This document shows positions 34,742 to 47,023 of a stretch of DNA of 64,000 bases, one piece after another. Under the pieces are notes generated by a model that had not been told where the DNA came from, ran no database searches, and worked only from the letters and a program-made list of their open reading frames with translations. How positions within the stretch are numbered: the first letter of the stretch is position 1; every line of letters starts with the position of its first letter. Both the position numbers and the translations under genes were made by a program. This DNA comes from Craspedostauros australis (lineage: Eukaryota), in the NCBI GenBank assembly GCA_030167865.1, contig JALAGF010004219.1:1-64000 (forward strand), written 5' to 3'.

Positions 34742-36118
34742 TCACAGTCCCTTGTCTGGCTTGTATGCTTGATGCGCAGCGCCTCCCTTCCGAATCCTCC
34801 GCAGGTAGCGATACTTGGACATGATGAGATCGTAGGTCCACTTCAGATTGAGGACGCAGAAGGTGGAGTGCAGCGCCAACCCCATGAGTTCAATAGTGAA
34901 GTACGTCCCGGTGTCCGCCGATTGCTTCCACCATCTCTCCACGATGACAACGAGGAAGAGGGGGAACATGATGCAGCGGATGAAGATCCACGTGATGTAG
35001 AAGCAGATGGAGATGAGCTTGACGCGGAAGGAGACGAAGCTGAGGTCAATGACCCAAGGCGAGAAGCCCTGTTTGTTGAAGACGCGCCTCGCGATGAGGA
35101 ACCAGGTGTTGATCTCAACGCTCATGCAGACGCCGAGACCGAATCTTATGTCTTCGACCGAATAGGGCAAGGTGAGGTACAGGAGCGAGACCATGTGGTG
35201 CTGGATGATAGTGGCAGGGCTCTTGACGCAGTTGGGAATGACGAGGATCCAAAGCAAGTCCACCACAAAGTAGAGGATGGTGGTATAGAGGAAGAGGTCG
35301 AACCATGCTCCTGTCCAGGCATCCTGGATTGTGACGGAGACGCCGCCGTTGCCGCTGCTTGCACCGCCATGGTTGTTGGCGCTACCGATGTTGAAGACGA
35401 TGTCCCAGTTCCAGTTCATGATGTTGAGCGCGATGATGGGGATGAGGACGATGAGGTTGAAGAAGTCGTGCGCATCCCTGGCGAAGTCAGCGTCGTGCTT
35501 GGGGACACCGGGCAGCACGACCCTCTTGACCGGGTCCACTCGGAAATGCTCCTGCAGCACGGATTGGCGCAATGCCGGTGGCGCCGAGCGCGACCGTCTC
35601 CGCCGGATGCGCTGCCGGATCCCGCGGAATGGACTTCCCAGATCGGGCAGCTTTTGCTTCATCGTTTCCACGATCTTCGTGGCGCTCTTTCGGCTGTCTT
35701 GTTTGGCAAGACTGTCATTGCCATTGCCATTGCCATTGCCATTCCCATTGGTATTGACTTTAGCATCAGGGTTGCCGCTGTTGAGGTTGCCGCTGGATGC
35801 CCCGTTTTCGTTCTGAGGGACTCTCTCCTTCTCCAGCAGCGGATTGGCCTGAGACTCTCCGGGAGTCTCTCCATTCTCCGTTCCTGCATCTTCCGTTGCT
35901 GCGGCTTGCATCGTGGCTGCCGTCGCTGTGCCTGCCGGTGATTCCTTCATCTTCGCTTCTGGTCTGTCTCCGAACTTGCTTCTATCGCTGATGCTGCCGT
36001 CGCCGTTGGCTTTGCTGTTGATCCCACCTGAGACCTTGGTTGGCTGTGAAGTCGCAATGACTTCGCTTGGCTGGTCGATCTCCTTCCACTCCTGATGCTT
36101 CCTTTGGATGAGCACCAT
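34742..36118 (-). CDS. TLC-domain multi-pass membrane protein (intronless paralogue of 23593-25297)
   Basis: ARDAHDFFNLIVL, YFVVDLLWILVIPNCVKSPATIIQHH, SVEINTWFLIARR, FYITWIFIRC, LNLKWTYDL; long disordered N-terminus. Confidence 0.85.
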   Translation of the reverse strand: MVLIQRKHQEWKEIDQPSEVIATSQPTKVSGGINSKANGDGSISDRSKFGDRPEAKMKESPAGTATAATMQAAATEDAGTENGETPGESQANPLLEKERVPQNENGASSGNLNSGNPDAKVNTNGNGNGNGNGNDSLAKQDSRKSATKIVETMKQKLPDLGSPFRGIRQRIRRRRSRSAPPALRQSVLQEHFRVDPVKRVVLPGVPKHDADFARDAHDFFNLIVLIPIIALNIMNWNWDIVFNIGSANNHGGASSGNGGVSVTIQDAWTGAWFDLFLYTTILYFVVDLLWILVIPNCVKSPATIIQHHMVSLLYLTLPYSVEDIRFGLGVCMSVEINTWFLIARRVFNKQGFSPWVIDLSFVSFRVKLISICFYITWIFIRCIMFPLFLVVIVERWWKQSADTGTYFTIELMGLALHSTFCVLNLKWTYDLIMSKYRYLRRIRKGGAAHQAYKPDKGL

Positions 36119-36956
36119 GACTGTTCTTCTTCGATGGGCGACGTTGGATCACGTTGGTGGCAATGAACGACAACGGATGATGGATGGCGAATGACGAGTA
36201 GTCGTATGGTGATGTGTTCCGCTCCATCAAAGACCAATGAAGAGACGAACAAAGGAACAAATCAATGAGGCAGCAGTGTGTCAAGACACCAAGGCACACC
36301 AAGACAACGAAGAGAGTGGTCGGAACCAATCGTATTTTAACACGGACAGGTTGCGGTTCGTACGAGCAAAGAATCTGCACTCGTGCAAAAGTCAAGGACG
36401 CACAACGATGGCAGAAGAGGTCTCTGTTGTTCCTCGTTGCTCTCTCGCACTCTTTTTCGCGGTGTGGTGTCAAGGAGGCCGTTTTTGATGCCAAAACGAG
36501 TTCCTCGAACGTGTTGCACCAGATTCGTGACCAAATTCATCAAGATTCGTAACTCGGGATTGATTGTTCCTGAATGGAACACAGAAAATGGACCAACTGG
36601 ATCACAACAGACATCATTTTTGGATGGGAGGATCGGGGAAATCGAGATTGATGTCTCCGGAGTCACGGCGATGGTGATGGTTGTGTTCTGGACGAACGAA
36701 GATCTGTGAGGTACGACTACTTGTACCGCACACATACTGCTCATCTCGTTGATGTAACCCTCACCAACAGATCATTGATGCCATGGTAGAGTGGCTGTTG
36801 AGTATCAGTGCGCTCACTTCAATCCATTACACAGAATAATACTTTTAACAACCGTCGTCACAACTTGGCGCTAGTTTGAACAGGAGAGTTGAACCGGAAC
36901 TTCACTGCGTAGCAAACAAGAACAAGAACAAGAGCATCACCTCTCAATTGTGGACC

Positions 36957-38061
36957 ATGTCAAAACCGATGATCACCCTCGGAATCGCAGGCGGAACAGG
37001 CGCCGGCAAATCCACCCTCGCGCGACGGCTCTTCACGGAGCTGGGTGGCGCACCCAACGTGGTATACCTCACCCACGATCATTACTACAAGGACCTGTCC
37101 TCCAAGACGATCGAAGAACGCGGCAAGGTCAACTTCGACCATCCCGATAGCTTGGACACCCCGTTGCTGGTGGAGCACATCCGCCAGCTCAAGCGAGGGG
37201 ACTGCGCAGCCTTGCCCAATTACGATTTCACGACGCACAGCCGCACGGAGATCACGACCCTCGTACATCCCAAGAGAATACTCTTGGTCGAAGGCATCCT
37301 CATCTTCACCGATGTTGATCTTTGCAAGGAAATGGATATCAAGGTCTTTGTGGTACGTCGTTCCGCGCGCTACATCTGTCTGCTTGTTTGCTTGTTCGCT
37401 TGTTCGCTTGTTTGCTTGTTTGTGCAAATATGTATGCTCATCAACATTGGCTCGACCCAGCGAGGGAATACAAGATAGTGCCAGCATGCGTATCACGGGC
37501 AATGGGATCTACGCCACCACATAGTACTCAATAGGCTAGATGTCATTGCCCAGCAGTCGTTGCAGTGTCGGCTTTGCGATCTATTGAAGGGCAAAGCTGG
37601 TCTTGCGCATGGCTAAGAATCTGCCGCGGAATGTGCATACCGCTGGTAGAATGGATCAACGGTCGAACCGAGAGACTGAACGAATGGTCGAACAAACAAA
37701 TGGATATCTAACTGGCCGAGCCAATCCTTCGCCTCTTCATCATCTTCCTTCCACACCTCGCGCATCTGATACGTCGTTTCATACGACCACATTGCTATTG
37801 CAGGATGCCGATGCGGACACCCGCGTCGTGCGAAGAATTGCACGAGATACGGTGGAGCGCGGTCGCACATTGGAGTCCATCACGGAACAGTACCAGACGA
37901 CCGTCAAACCCATGCATTCCCAATTCGTGGAACCCAGCAAGACTTGTGCCGATATCATCGTCAATTCCGAAACAGGTCAGAGTGTGGACATTGCCATTCG
38001 GATGCTGGCCAATCACATGCGGGTAGAAAGCAATATTGTTCCAAAGGCTGACGAGTCATGA
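36957..38061 (+). CDS. udk: Uridine kinase; exons 36957-37352 and 37804-38061
   Basis: [13 protein letters not shown]-loop, [33 protein letters not shown]. Intron GTACGT(37353)..CAG(37803) joins [25 protein letters not shown]...VKPMH..FVEPSK..ADII. Confidence 0.93.
37381..37422. repeat. 8-nt tandem repeat ([TC]GCTTGTT x5) in the uridine kinase intron
   Basis: tgcttgtttgcttgttcgcttgttcgcttgtttgcttgtttg. Confidence 0.8.
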
Positions 38062-38284
38062 GAGTCGTCAAAGCCAATGATTTGGGAAACGGAACAGAGG
38101 TCCTACGCAGGACTGCGCCAAGCACACAAGAGTCCATACCTGCAATGCCAATCTTCATTCTGTAAACAATACGAGACAAGGCAGAACAGATGTACAGTGT
38201 GCACACTCGAGCAAAGAGTTCCAGTCCTGTCCTGGCAGAATGCCCTGCTCGACTCTACTATATGAACCTTGCAGCAAACGTATG

Positions 38285-39647
38285 CTATAGAAAGCAGCCC
38301 CTAAGTTTATGCAAGGTGTATACTTTGCTGATCCCCTGCACGATCGCCGCGCTCTTCTTCTTTTCGCTGTCTCCGCCTGAAAGATCAATCGCAAGCTCTG
38401 CCATGCTGACAAAATCGAAGAGGTTGCTGGAACAACCATTCCGTTGAATGGATTTGTACGACGGCGGTGTTGCCGACCAAGTCTCCGTGTCTCCATCGTA
38501 CATGTGCATCCGATCGCTGGAAAAATGGTGGAGAAAGTCGGTTGCTCTTACAACTCTGTTCACACCATACATTACGGGCAGAGTGCGTACATATGCATAT
38601 GCGTATGCGTGTTAGAGTTGACAACCACAATCGTTATTATCAGTCGTGTCCAAATGGTGTCCATGAGGTTTGAGCATGTGGAAGGAGATCATCGGGAAAA
38701 CGTGGCGTGACAGGTACGTGAGGGCGGTGGAAGAGTACCAATTTCAAAATGCAGAGGGTGAGGAATCGCATCACAATTTAAAAGAGGTAAGTTGGAGTAT
38801 GGTATGGTATGGTCAGTGTAAGTGCATGCGCAATGCTGGCTTTCCTTTATACCTCAAATGAAGAGGATGCAGTCAGGCAGGCACACAGAGGGATGCACGC
38901 ATATAGCCAAACAGGACTTCGCAGCATGCTTGGATGCTGACGGTCGTTCATGTTGCACTCGGACAAGTTTGCCCTGCATTGCTCATCCATCATCCTCTTC
39001 ATCTCCGTTGCTTCATCTTGCAATGCTGCGGACCCCATCAGATGCATGGATCGAGAGAGAGAGAGAGAGAGCTAGACCTACCGGAACATGGGTGCGAATG
39101 CTGGTGGCAAATCGTTGAGATCCGGAAAGCTCCGATCGAGGTACATCTCCAAGGAACATGGATACGGCAAGTGGCTGTCAATATCATAGATCCTGGATTG
39201 CGCATGTGGCTTCGATGAATATTCGGTCGTGGTGACGTGTGCCGTGGTGACCTCCATCAGTATGACATGGTAATCCCAAAAGCACGCCTTCGACACGGAC
39301 TGCGAGGATGCTCGCTGATGGAACATGGGAACGCATTTCTTCGAGTTGGAAATGAAGATGACGTAATGCGTTGTGTTGGACACGGCATCATTGGTGCTAT
39401 TGCGGGCATTGGAGTCGCAGTGCTCCATGTGAGCATGTTGCGATTGCTCGTGCAGCTTGCGGTACGCCAGCCTCCACACATTCTCCTCGCAGTAGCATGG
39501 CACGCGAAGTTCCTGATCCGCAGGTGTTTCCAATGCAGTTTGGGCGGCCTGCAGTTCGCCGATGGATGCATGCAACTCCTGTTGCTGTTGCTGATACGGT
39601 TGCTGATGCTGATTCGGTTGCTGACGATCGTGATCGTGGTCGGCCAT
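38285..39647 (-). CDS. NTAQ1: Protein N-terminal glutamine amidohydrolase; exons 39647-39082 and 38555-38285
   Basis: PCYCEENVW, FISN, WDYHVI, IYDIDS.LPYPC. Phase-2 intron GTAGGT(39081)..ACAG(38556) joins PMFR|VVRATDFLHHFSSDRMHM...W..PPSY. Start may lie further upstream. Confidence 0.88.
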
Positions 39648-40703
39648 GGCAGGAACGTGTCTCAATCGCGAGAAATGGGAAATGGCCTCCTCGGCGTGTC
39701 CCAAGAGAGTGTTCCTCCGGACGCTCCGCATGCGGGCGAGTATGGGATGGGACTGCTCGTCAGCCTCTCTCCCTTTCTCTCCACTCGTGTGATACAGGCG
39801 TATAATCTTCGTGTGGTTGCCTTGGTGATTGTGTTGGTGATTGCGTGGGTGGTTGTGAGGTCCCTCGCCTGTGGCGGACTGGAGGGAGGTGGAGAGCGTA
39901 GCCTTTGTGAAGGCGAAGTATCGCTCCTGTTGTGGCACGTGTGTGAACCAGTTCGCTCCTTTTTTAACCATTTTCACACAGTATCAAATCGAGACGAAAC
40001 AATTGTATGATTATCGATACAATTATGTTTTTTGGACCCATTCGATCGAGATATTTCTGTACGTTTCAAGCGCATTACTGTCATAATCACAACGAAGGAA
40101 TTGCGAGAGCGACTTACTCGAGTCGAAGCGATCCATTCGTGATCCACAGCAAAAAGACCCACGCGGGTTTGGGTGAAGAGGCGCAGTGCAAAACACCACG
40201 ACACAAAAAACACGACAAAATGCAGCGGAAAAGCACACGACAGAACAGAACACGACACAAAACACACGAACGATCTTCGAGTTGAGACATGCGAATGCGC
40301 ACACAAGACGTGTCTTCGCTGGACACACATCAAAATAGAGAAGAATCAATTCTTCGGAAACGCGGGAGTTGACACACGCAGAAGACACGGTGACAGAGAC
40401 TGTGTGAAAGACTGGCACTGGAGACACAGCACGAGAACCAACACACAGAGAGGAGAACGAGGGCAGAACCCTCAGAGCCATCACAAACACACGAAGCAGA
40501 AGCAGAAGGAGGACCCAGGACACAGAAAACCCGTGTTGCGCAACGCAGAACGCAGAACACAGAAGAGAGCAGGCACAAACCCGCAAGGCACGCAGTAGAA
40601 GGGAGCCAGCTGCGCGGAGGACCGCGACGAGGGGAGGCGAGGACAGACACTGAAACTGGAGCTGGGAGACAACGCTCCGCGCGTCAACAGAAGGCAAGGC
40701 ACG

Positions 40704-43700
40704 ATGGCCACGCCACCAGCAGCTGCGGCTGTGTTGCCGGTCGCCTCCACACAAGGACCAGCTGCGGTGTCATCCATGCCCCCAACATCATCGCAGACGG
40801 TGACTATCCGGGTGCTTGCCGCCAGCACGGGCCTTTCCTACACGATACCTTTGCACCCGGCAGAACTCACGTGAGTGGCGCCCACTGTTTTCGTGCTCAT
40901 CGTTGCCACAAGAGCCGCGAGGAATAGCATCTCGCATCTGAACGACCCACGATTGGTGTTGCTAGCGTTCCTGTTCCTGTTGTTGCTGCTGCTGCTGCTG
41001 CTGTTGCTGCTGACCACTAGTATGCTGGTTGATGATGCTGTGCTCTCGGCAAACCAAAGCAGGAGGCTGACTGCCAGAGAAATTGGGCATCGCATTGCAT
41101 TGCACTTTTCCGTTGAACGAAAGATCTGTTCTTCCATGATGCAAAGCGATGCAATCGCTTACAAAGCAACTGCGACCATCTAGGTTGTCACGTGGTCACT
41201 GCCACCTTGCTACTACAAGGAGCGTTGCCATCCTCTTCGTTGTCACATCTAACATCTGACCTCATCCTTCTGTTCTCTTCTCCTTGCTCTCCTCGCCAAC
41301 ACCGGTCGTTCATGCCTCGATCTTCTCGTGTGCTTGGTCCCACGGTACCGAAATGGTATCTCGCGGCTTCCACTTCGCATCCGGCTTGCTTCGTTTCGCT
41401 TTGGCGGCGTGCCTCCGACTCATCCGCTCCGCACGACCTCCGCCCATTCGCGATACCACACCACACCAACAGCGTCGCCAATATCCGCGCTCACTTGGCG
41501 GCCGCAGTCCCGACTTCGGACCAGATACTGCTCTTGGGTCCGCCGTATAAGGTGCCCAAAGACAGCACGTTGCAGTCGGAAGAAGTTCTGAATTCCTTGA
41601 GACTCGGCGACGCAGAAGACGACCCAGCTGCTGTCGCGGAAGATGCCACCAACAAGCCCGACGGAGCGAGTGACTCCAGAGAACGACGAAAGACCCACCG
41701 CCAGTTGCTCACCAACACAGAACGTACAGGCGCCCGCAGACTTTTCTTGTTTTCCAAACGTGCGTTGTCCGAGAACGCGCCGGATCCAGCGCCATGCCGG
41801 CTGGAACCGAACGAGATCGTTTTGCCAACTGACGTGCCCGGTAGCACCGCACTCAACATGACCCAATCTGCCGCAGCCGCCCAGCCTCTGCACCATGCCC
41901 TTGTGGCATACGAGCGCCAGTTCGTGCTCTTCCTCGCTCAAGGCAGAGTTCTGGCAGATGGAGCCGATATGCGCCTCACGGCTTGCCGACAGTGCGTGCA
42001 GGAGCAGGCCATCATGGCCAGAGCGCTGCGTGCGGCCGTCTCCAACCTCTCGGATCACTTCAATGGCGCCACCAGGACACGATCGGGATTCTCATCGATG
42101 TTCCAGTCCAAAATTGCTTCACATTCGGCGTTGCTTCAGAAGTTTGAATCCGTGCTGTCCAACCTTGGCACCATTCCCCTGCATCCATCGCTCGTGCAGA
42201 TCGCTCGCGGTTCCGGCAGGATCATGGAGACGCTGCTCGACACGGTGCCCGTCGAACAGGAACGCGCATGGGCGCAGCAGTGCCAGACTTCACACCAGCG
42301 TCTCCTGTCGTTGTACTCGGAGTTGGAGACCACCTTCTCTCGGCTGGGATCTCCGTCGTTGCGGGAGGAAGAAACCCGCAAGGACTTGCTGACGGAGGCT
42401 GAGATCCAATCTCTATCGGACGAAGTGGGGACAACTTGCCAGGGCATTCGCGACAGACAGGCGAAGCGGCTGGAAGAGCTCACGAGAGATCACGGGAAAG
42501 TGATGAAGATTGTGATGGATGCGCTCAATGATGATGGAAACGCGACGGGCGCCGTGAGCGCCAAGGTCCAGAACGCATTCACGCCCTTGCAGGAGCTGTC
42601 TACCACATCGCAGCAACTGATACCGGCGATGGAGGCCGATGATAAGCAATTCCAAACACTGATGCTGAAGGTGGCCAACGCGAAGACGGACATCATGCAA
42701 CGGATGAAGGTCCGGCTGCGCGAGGTGAGCGTTGCCCAGTCGTCCATCCAAAGAATGCTGTCCAGCGTCGGGGTCCTCAAGGATGCCTTGAATCGCCAGT
42801 GCGAAAACATGGCGCACCTGGAGCACGTGGCCGAACTCAGCTCGTCCTACAAGGACTTCCTCAGCGAGTTGAAACGACGAAAGGCTTATGGGCAAGCCGT
42901 GGTTGCGTCGTCCACAGCCATGGTGGAGCGTCTTGCGTTGATGCGATCCGATGAGGTGAAGTCACGCGAGAAGTTCCTCAGAGGAACGGGCCGGCACCTC
43001 ATGCCACCGTTCTTCGAAATCTTCGTCCCAACGCTGGCCACCCCGCCACCGCTCTTCACACCCCAAATTCCAGCTCTTGCCGAGACCGAGATGCTGCCGG
43101 ATATCGCATCGCCTGAAAACCCTGAGGGAACTGATACCTCCATGATGGGTGGCCAGGAGGGCGGCATCAGCAGCGCATCGTCCCTGACCGCCGAAAGCAG
43201 CCAGCCCCAACCTGCCGACAAAATGTCTCACATCACAGCGACCACCGCCGCTACGGCAACAACAGCAGCCGACGCAGCAGTGCCAGAGACCGGAGCTCCA
43301 GCCGGTGCTGCAGCGGCGCACAATCCAGACCAGCTCATCGTCAGCGCTGATGAAACATCCGCTAACGACGATGTCATCATGGATCCAGGGACTGGCGCGG
43401 CGGACGAAGCTGAGAGGAAGACGCTGGCTTACGAAAATGAGATGCTTCGACAGCAAATTGATCAGCTTGGCGGAAAGGCACCGCGTTCGTACGTCGACGT
43501 TTCCGCATCAAAGGCCAGCGCGAACATGGCGGAGATGGATTCGCTGCGGAAACAGCTGGAAGGCATGACAGCACGTGCGCAGAGAGCTGAAAAGGAGCTT
43601 GGTTTGAAGATGGCGGAGCAGTCCAAACCAGATGACAAGATCAGTCACTCCAGCCTGTCCATAGGCGACGTGGCTCTGTTCATGCCAACGGGTCAAGACT

Positions 43701-43912
43701 CCGGTGGCAAACGCCGTTACTTGGCCTTCCACACCAGCTGTCCGCACCGGTACTTGTCCAGGGAAGGAATCGAGGGCAATCCCGACTTCATCGTAGGGCG
43801 CATCATCTATCAAGAAGAAAAGACCGCTCAGGATAAGGATCCATTTGGTTTGCACACTGGGATGAAGTACCACGTGCTCACGGTGGAAGTGCTGAAATCC
43901 CACCAGGGATGA
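40704..43912 (+). CDS. ATG11: Autophagy scaffold ATG11/RB1CC1-like; exons 40704-40870 and 41473-43912
   Basis: N-terminal ubiquitin-like segment (VTIRVLAASTG...|VANIRAHL..VPTSDQILL), Atg17-like helical region (QARALRAAVSNL-type motif, ELKRRKAY), coiled coil and C-terminal claw (KISHSSLSIGDVALFMP..YLAF..CPHRYL..FIVGRII..PFGL..YHVLTVE). Intron GTGAGT(40871)..ACAG(41472). Confidence 0.88.
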
Positions 43913-45215
43913 AGAGGCATCCGTACTAGCACTTGTGCAAGCACGACATGGAGACATATCGTAGTGGGGAACCATGCCATAGCATACCATACCGATACTG
44001 CCAAGGGTACGTATCTGCTCCCGCGATTTCCATCTGCTCCGTTCACGCTTGGGCTGCCACATGCGCGCGCACTTTGAAATGGCAGAGTGGTACATGTACT
44101 CGCACGAGTATTCCAACGTTTTGGTGCCTGCATGTACTACGTTAGTAGCTACGTCTGGTCTTGTGCGAAAGGCAGCATGAAGCGCTTGGCAGCCTTGCGA
44201 TCGGGCCAGCACGAGTACGCACAAATCCATGCGTGGATATTCGTATGGACATGGACATGGCCACCATACCAGTAAGCTTCAAAATTGCATCCACATGGCA
44301 ACCAAGATACAGGAATCATACAACCCAAACTTAATAATCTCGGCTTGCCAGCTGTTAATTCTCCCATCTCAAATTGTACAACGCACTCTTCATGTGCTTT
44401 CATCGATGTCAATCCTTGGCTTCAAACGTTGCGCATGCAAGAGCATGTACTCGCACGTCAGGAGTTCGCGGATTGCAGGGCTGCTCGGGGTTGTCCTCAG
44501 CCTGTTCACGATTGCAACATGCATCTCTCTTTCCGTGGCTCGAATGACTCCTGGAGAAACAACGCCAGGAGCCCTCGTTGAGAGCAATCGTTTGAGACTC
44601 TGCGAGTGTAGATGGGTACTTTCATTGGTTGTAGGTATAGTTTCAGTTTCAGTGGAAGTCGCAGTTGCAGTCGTGGTAGGGTCGAGCGAGCTGACTGGCG
44701 ACAACATCACATCTCCTTGAGCTATATTGCGCTAATATTCGTTTCTTTTCTTTCTATGACAACTGTTTACTTTTACGGGCCGCTTGGGTCGCGTTCCGCT
44801 TGGACACAGGATGCAGCGTCCAGTATGTAGCACACCCTGTCGCATTTTACCTCTGGAGCGTGCCTTTTGCATCGTGGGGTACTCGCACTCTCGTCATGTT
44901 GCCTGGCGAACGATGTCGAAACCAACACTCGGATGTGCTTGTTGTTTTTTCGGTGTTGTTCTGGCACATGCACCATGGAGCAGAGTAAAGTATGTTGCAT
45001 TCCAACCACGTGACCAGTCAATTCTGCTTCTTTCCGATTCCGCATCGTGTTTCGGCCCAGTGAACATTCGCTAACAGCCACAGTACAGGACACGATGATG
45101 GAAACGTCGAAGCCGATTCAACTGGCATGAGGTCTGTGCCGTGGTGTTGGACCATGCTTGCACCTAAATGCACGCAGACATTCGCCCTCTCTCAGTTTCT
45201 CTTTCACTTTCAGTC

Positions 45216-46096
45216 TTAGAGATCCTTAGAGGAAAGCTCACGAAGCATGTCATGCAATTCACCCAAAGCAGCGAGCTGATCAAGTTCCGAGTTTCCTCCA
45301 ATGTGCTTCTTGCCAATGAATATGTTGGGGAATGCCCACTGACCAGTCAACTCCTGCAGTTCGTGCATAAGGAGGGAGGGATCGAAGCCAGGTAGCAGAT
45401 CAACGTCCACAACCTCGACGTGCACGTTGATCTCCTCTTGTATTTCCTTCAGCAGATTCTTCGCCTCCGCATTGTGTGGACCGTAGCTGCGAGCGAACAC
45501 CATGACCTGTCGGAAGGCAGATGGGGGGTGTATGGTACAGATAATATGTTTGAGTGCGTCGGGTCGGGATGCGCCGTGGCGGATCGGCGGCAAGTTGGTT
45601 GGATGGATATGTGACATGGATTATGCAGACGCAGAGTAGAGCGCGTCATGGGCACCATGCAAGCGACGTCATGTTGTCAGTGAAAGGGACCGAACGTCAC
45701 GAACAGTCATCAGTGATGGTGAGATAGAAGTACGATGCCAAAATTCATGCCAAGCAAGGAAGGAATCATCCTGCAATCAATGCCGTGCTGCGGAATATAC
45801 AATACATGCATGGTAAAGCTGAGAGTCGGCCGTGCGACCTGTGCCAATGGGGATGTTGGTGGTGATACCGTCTCTTCTTCCTTTCACCACGTCGCCACAG
45901 GCCTGTTGTTCGCAGCAGAGTGCTTCGCTTTGATGCCATACAAACTTACATCGTGGGTGGCGATCTTGTCCTTGATGTACTCTCTCGGATCTTCGCCTGT
46001 GCTGAGGTGCTGGATCTGCCTCCTCTCATCGGCAACGGCAAAGCCAGCCAAGGCGATGGCCAAAATGGCAAGGATCAGTCGGAATGGTCGGGTCAT
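45216..46096 (-). CDS. Secretory-pathway glutaredoxin-fold protein lacking active-site cysteines; exons 46096-45950 and 45506-45216
   Basis: Signal peptide; IKDKIATHD|VMVFARSYGPHN..AK.LL; LQELTGQWAFPNIFIGKKHIGGNSEL..L...GEL..ML; C-terminal SKDL. Intron GTAAGT(45949)..ACAG(45507). Confidence 0.82.
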
Positions 46097-47023
46097 TTTG
46101 ACGTCGGTTCAGTTGTGGAAGATTCGCTTTCTCGTCACCGTGTAGATGCGATTGTCTTCGTGGCTGCGAATAGAGTGAAGAAGGGCGAAGTCGAGACGGA
46201 TCGTCGCTGATGGTGATGCCAACCACAGAGGACAGGGAATGAGGATGGAGGATGAAGATGGTGATGAAGATGGACAATGTTGTTGATGGTGCTGTTTCTG
46301 CTGTTTTCGTTGCTGTTGCGTTCGTTGTCGATGGGTGCCGATGCTTCCCCCTCGCTGTTGATCCTTTCTTCGGAGCCTCTGCCTCTCACCTTTTTCGCGT
46401 CCTCGCAGAGAGAGAGAGAAGGGCGAGAGATGGCTGCGCACCACTGTTTCTGGATCCTTTTTCTCTCTTTCTCTCTGTATTTGACCGTGATGGGCGTTTG
46501 CGAACACAAAAAGCACAAACTCATCAAATTGTGACCTTGTTTGTGACCCCTTGAGTCGAGGTGGTCGGTAATCGGCCCGAAACCGAACTTCTTGTTTCGC
46601 TCTCCAACCATTTCGCCACGTTGCCACAAGTCTTCGCGCGCAAGGACTCGCGTGGAGACTGGACAGTTCGCGTTGATGTTGTACGTGGACGAGAGCGAAT
46701 TGATGAGTCACGAGTTGTGAACCAAACAGACTCTACCACGATTTGTGATTGGACAGCCGAAGCGATCTACGAGCTACGACCAACTCTACCCAGCAGTTGC
46801 TCGCAGCATGTGAGGGGTATCTCGTACAACAGGAAATAGGAGGACAATGCCACACTACTATATTGTATTCGGAGAGAGTAGTATTATAGAATAGATATCC
46901 CGAGCCTTCGTTGATGCGCTTTGCATAATTGGGAGTGCAGGAAGACGCCGGTCTGTATCTGACGTGGATAGAGGTGTCGAGTGGATGCGCTTCCCGTCTA
47001 TTCTGCACTTGTCTCCGAGAACT

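Noticed and set aside
34769-35941. Long antisense ORFs (also 19944-21386, 47585-48493, 58293-59114, 62862-63944)
   Set aside because: They shadow well-supported genes on the opposite strand and are explained by codon bias; no recognisable motifs.
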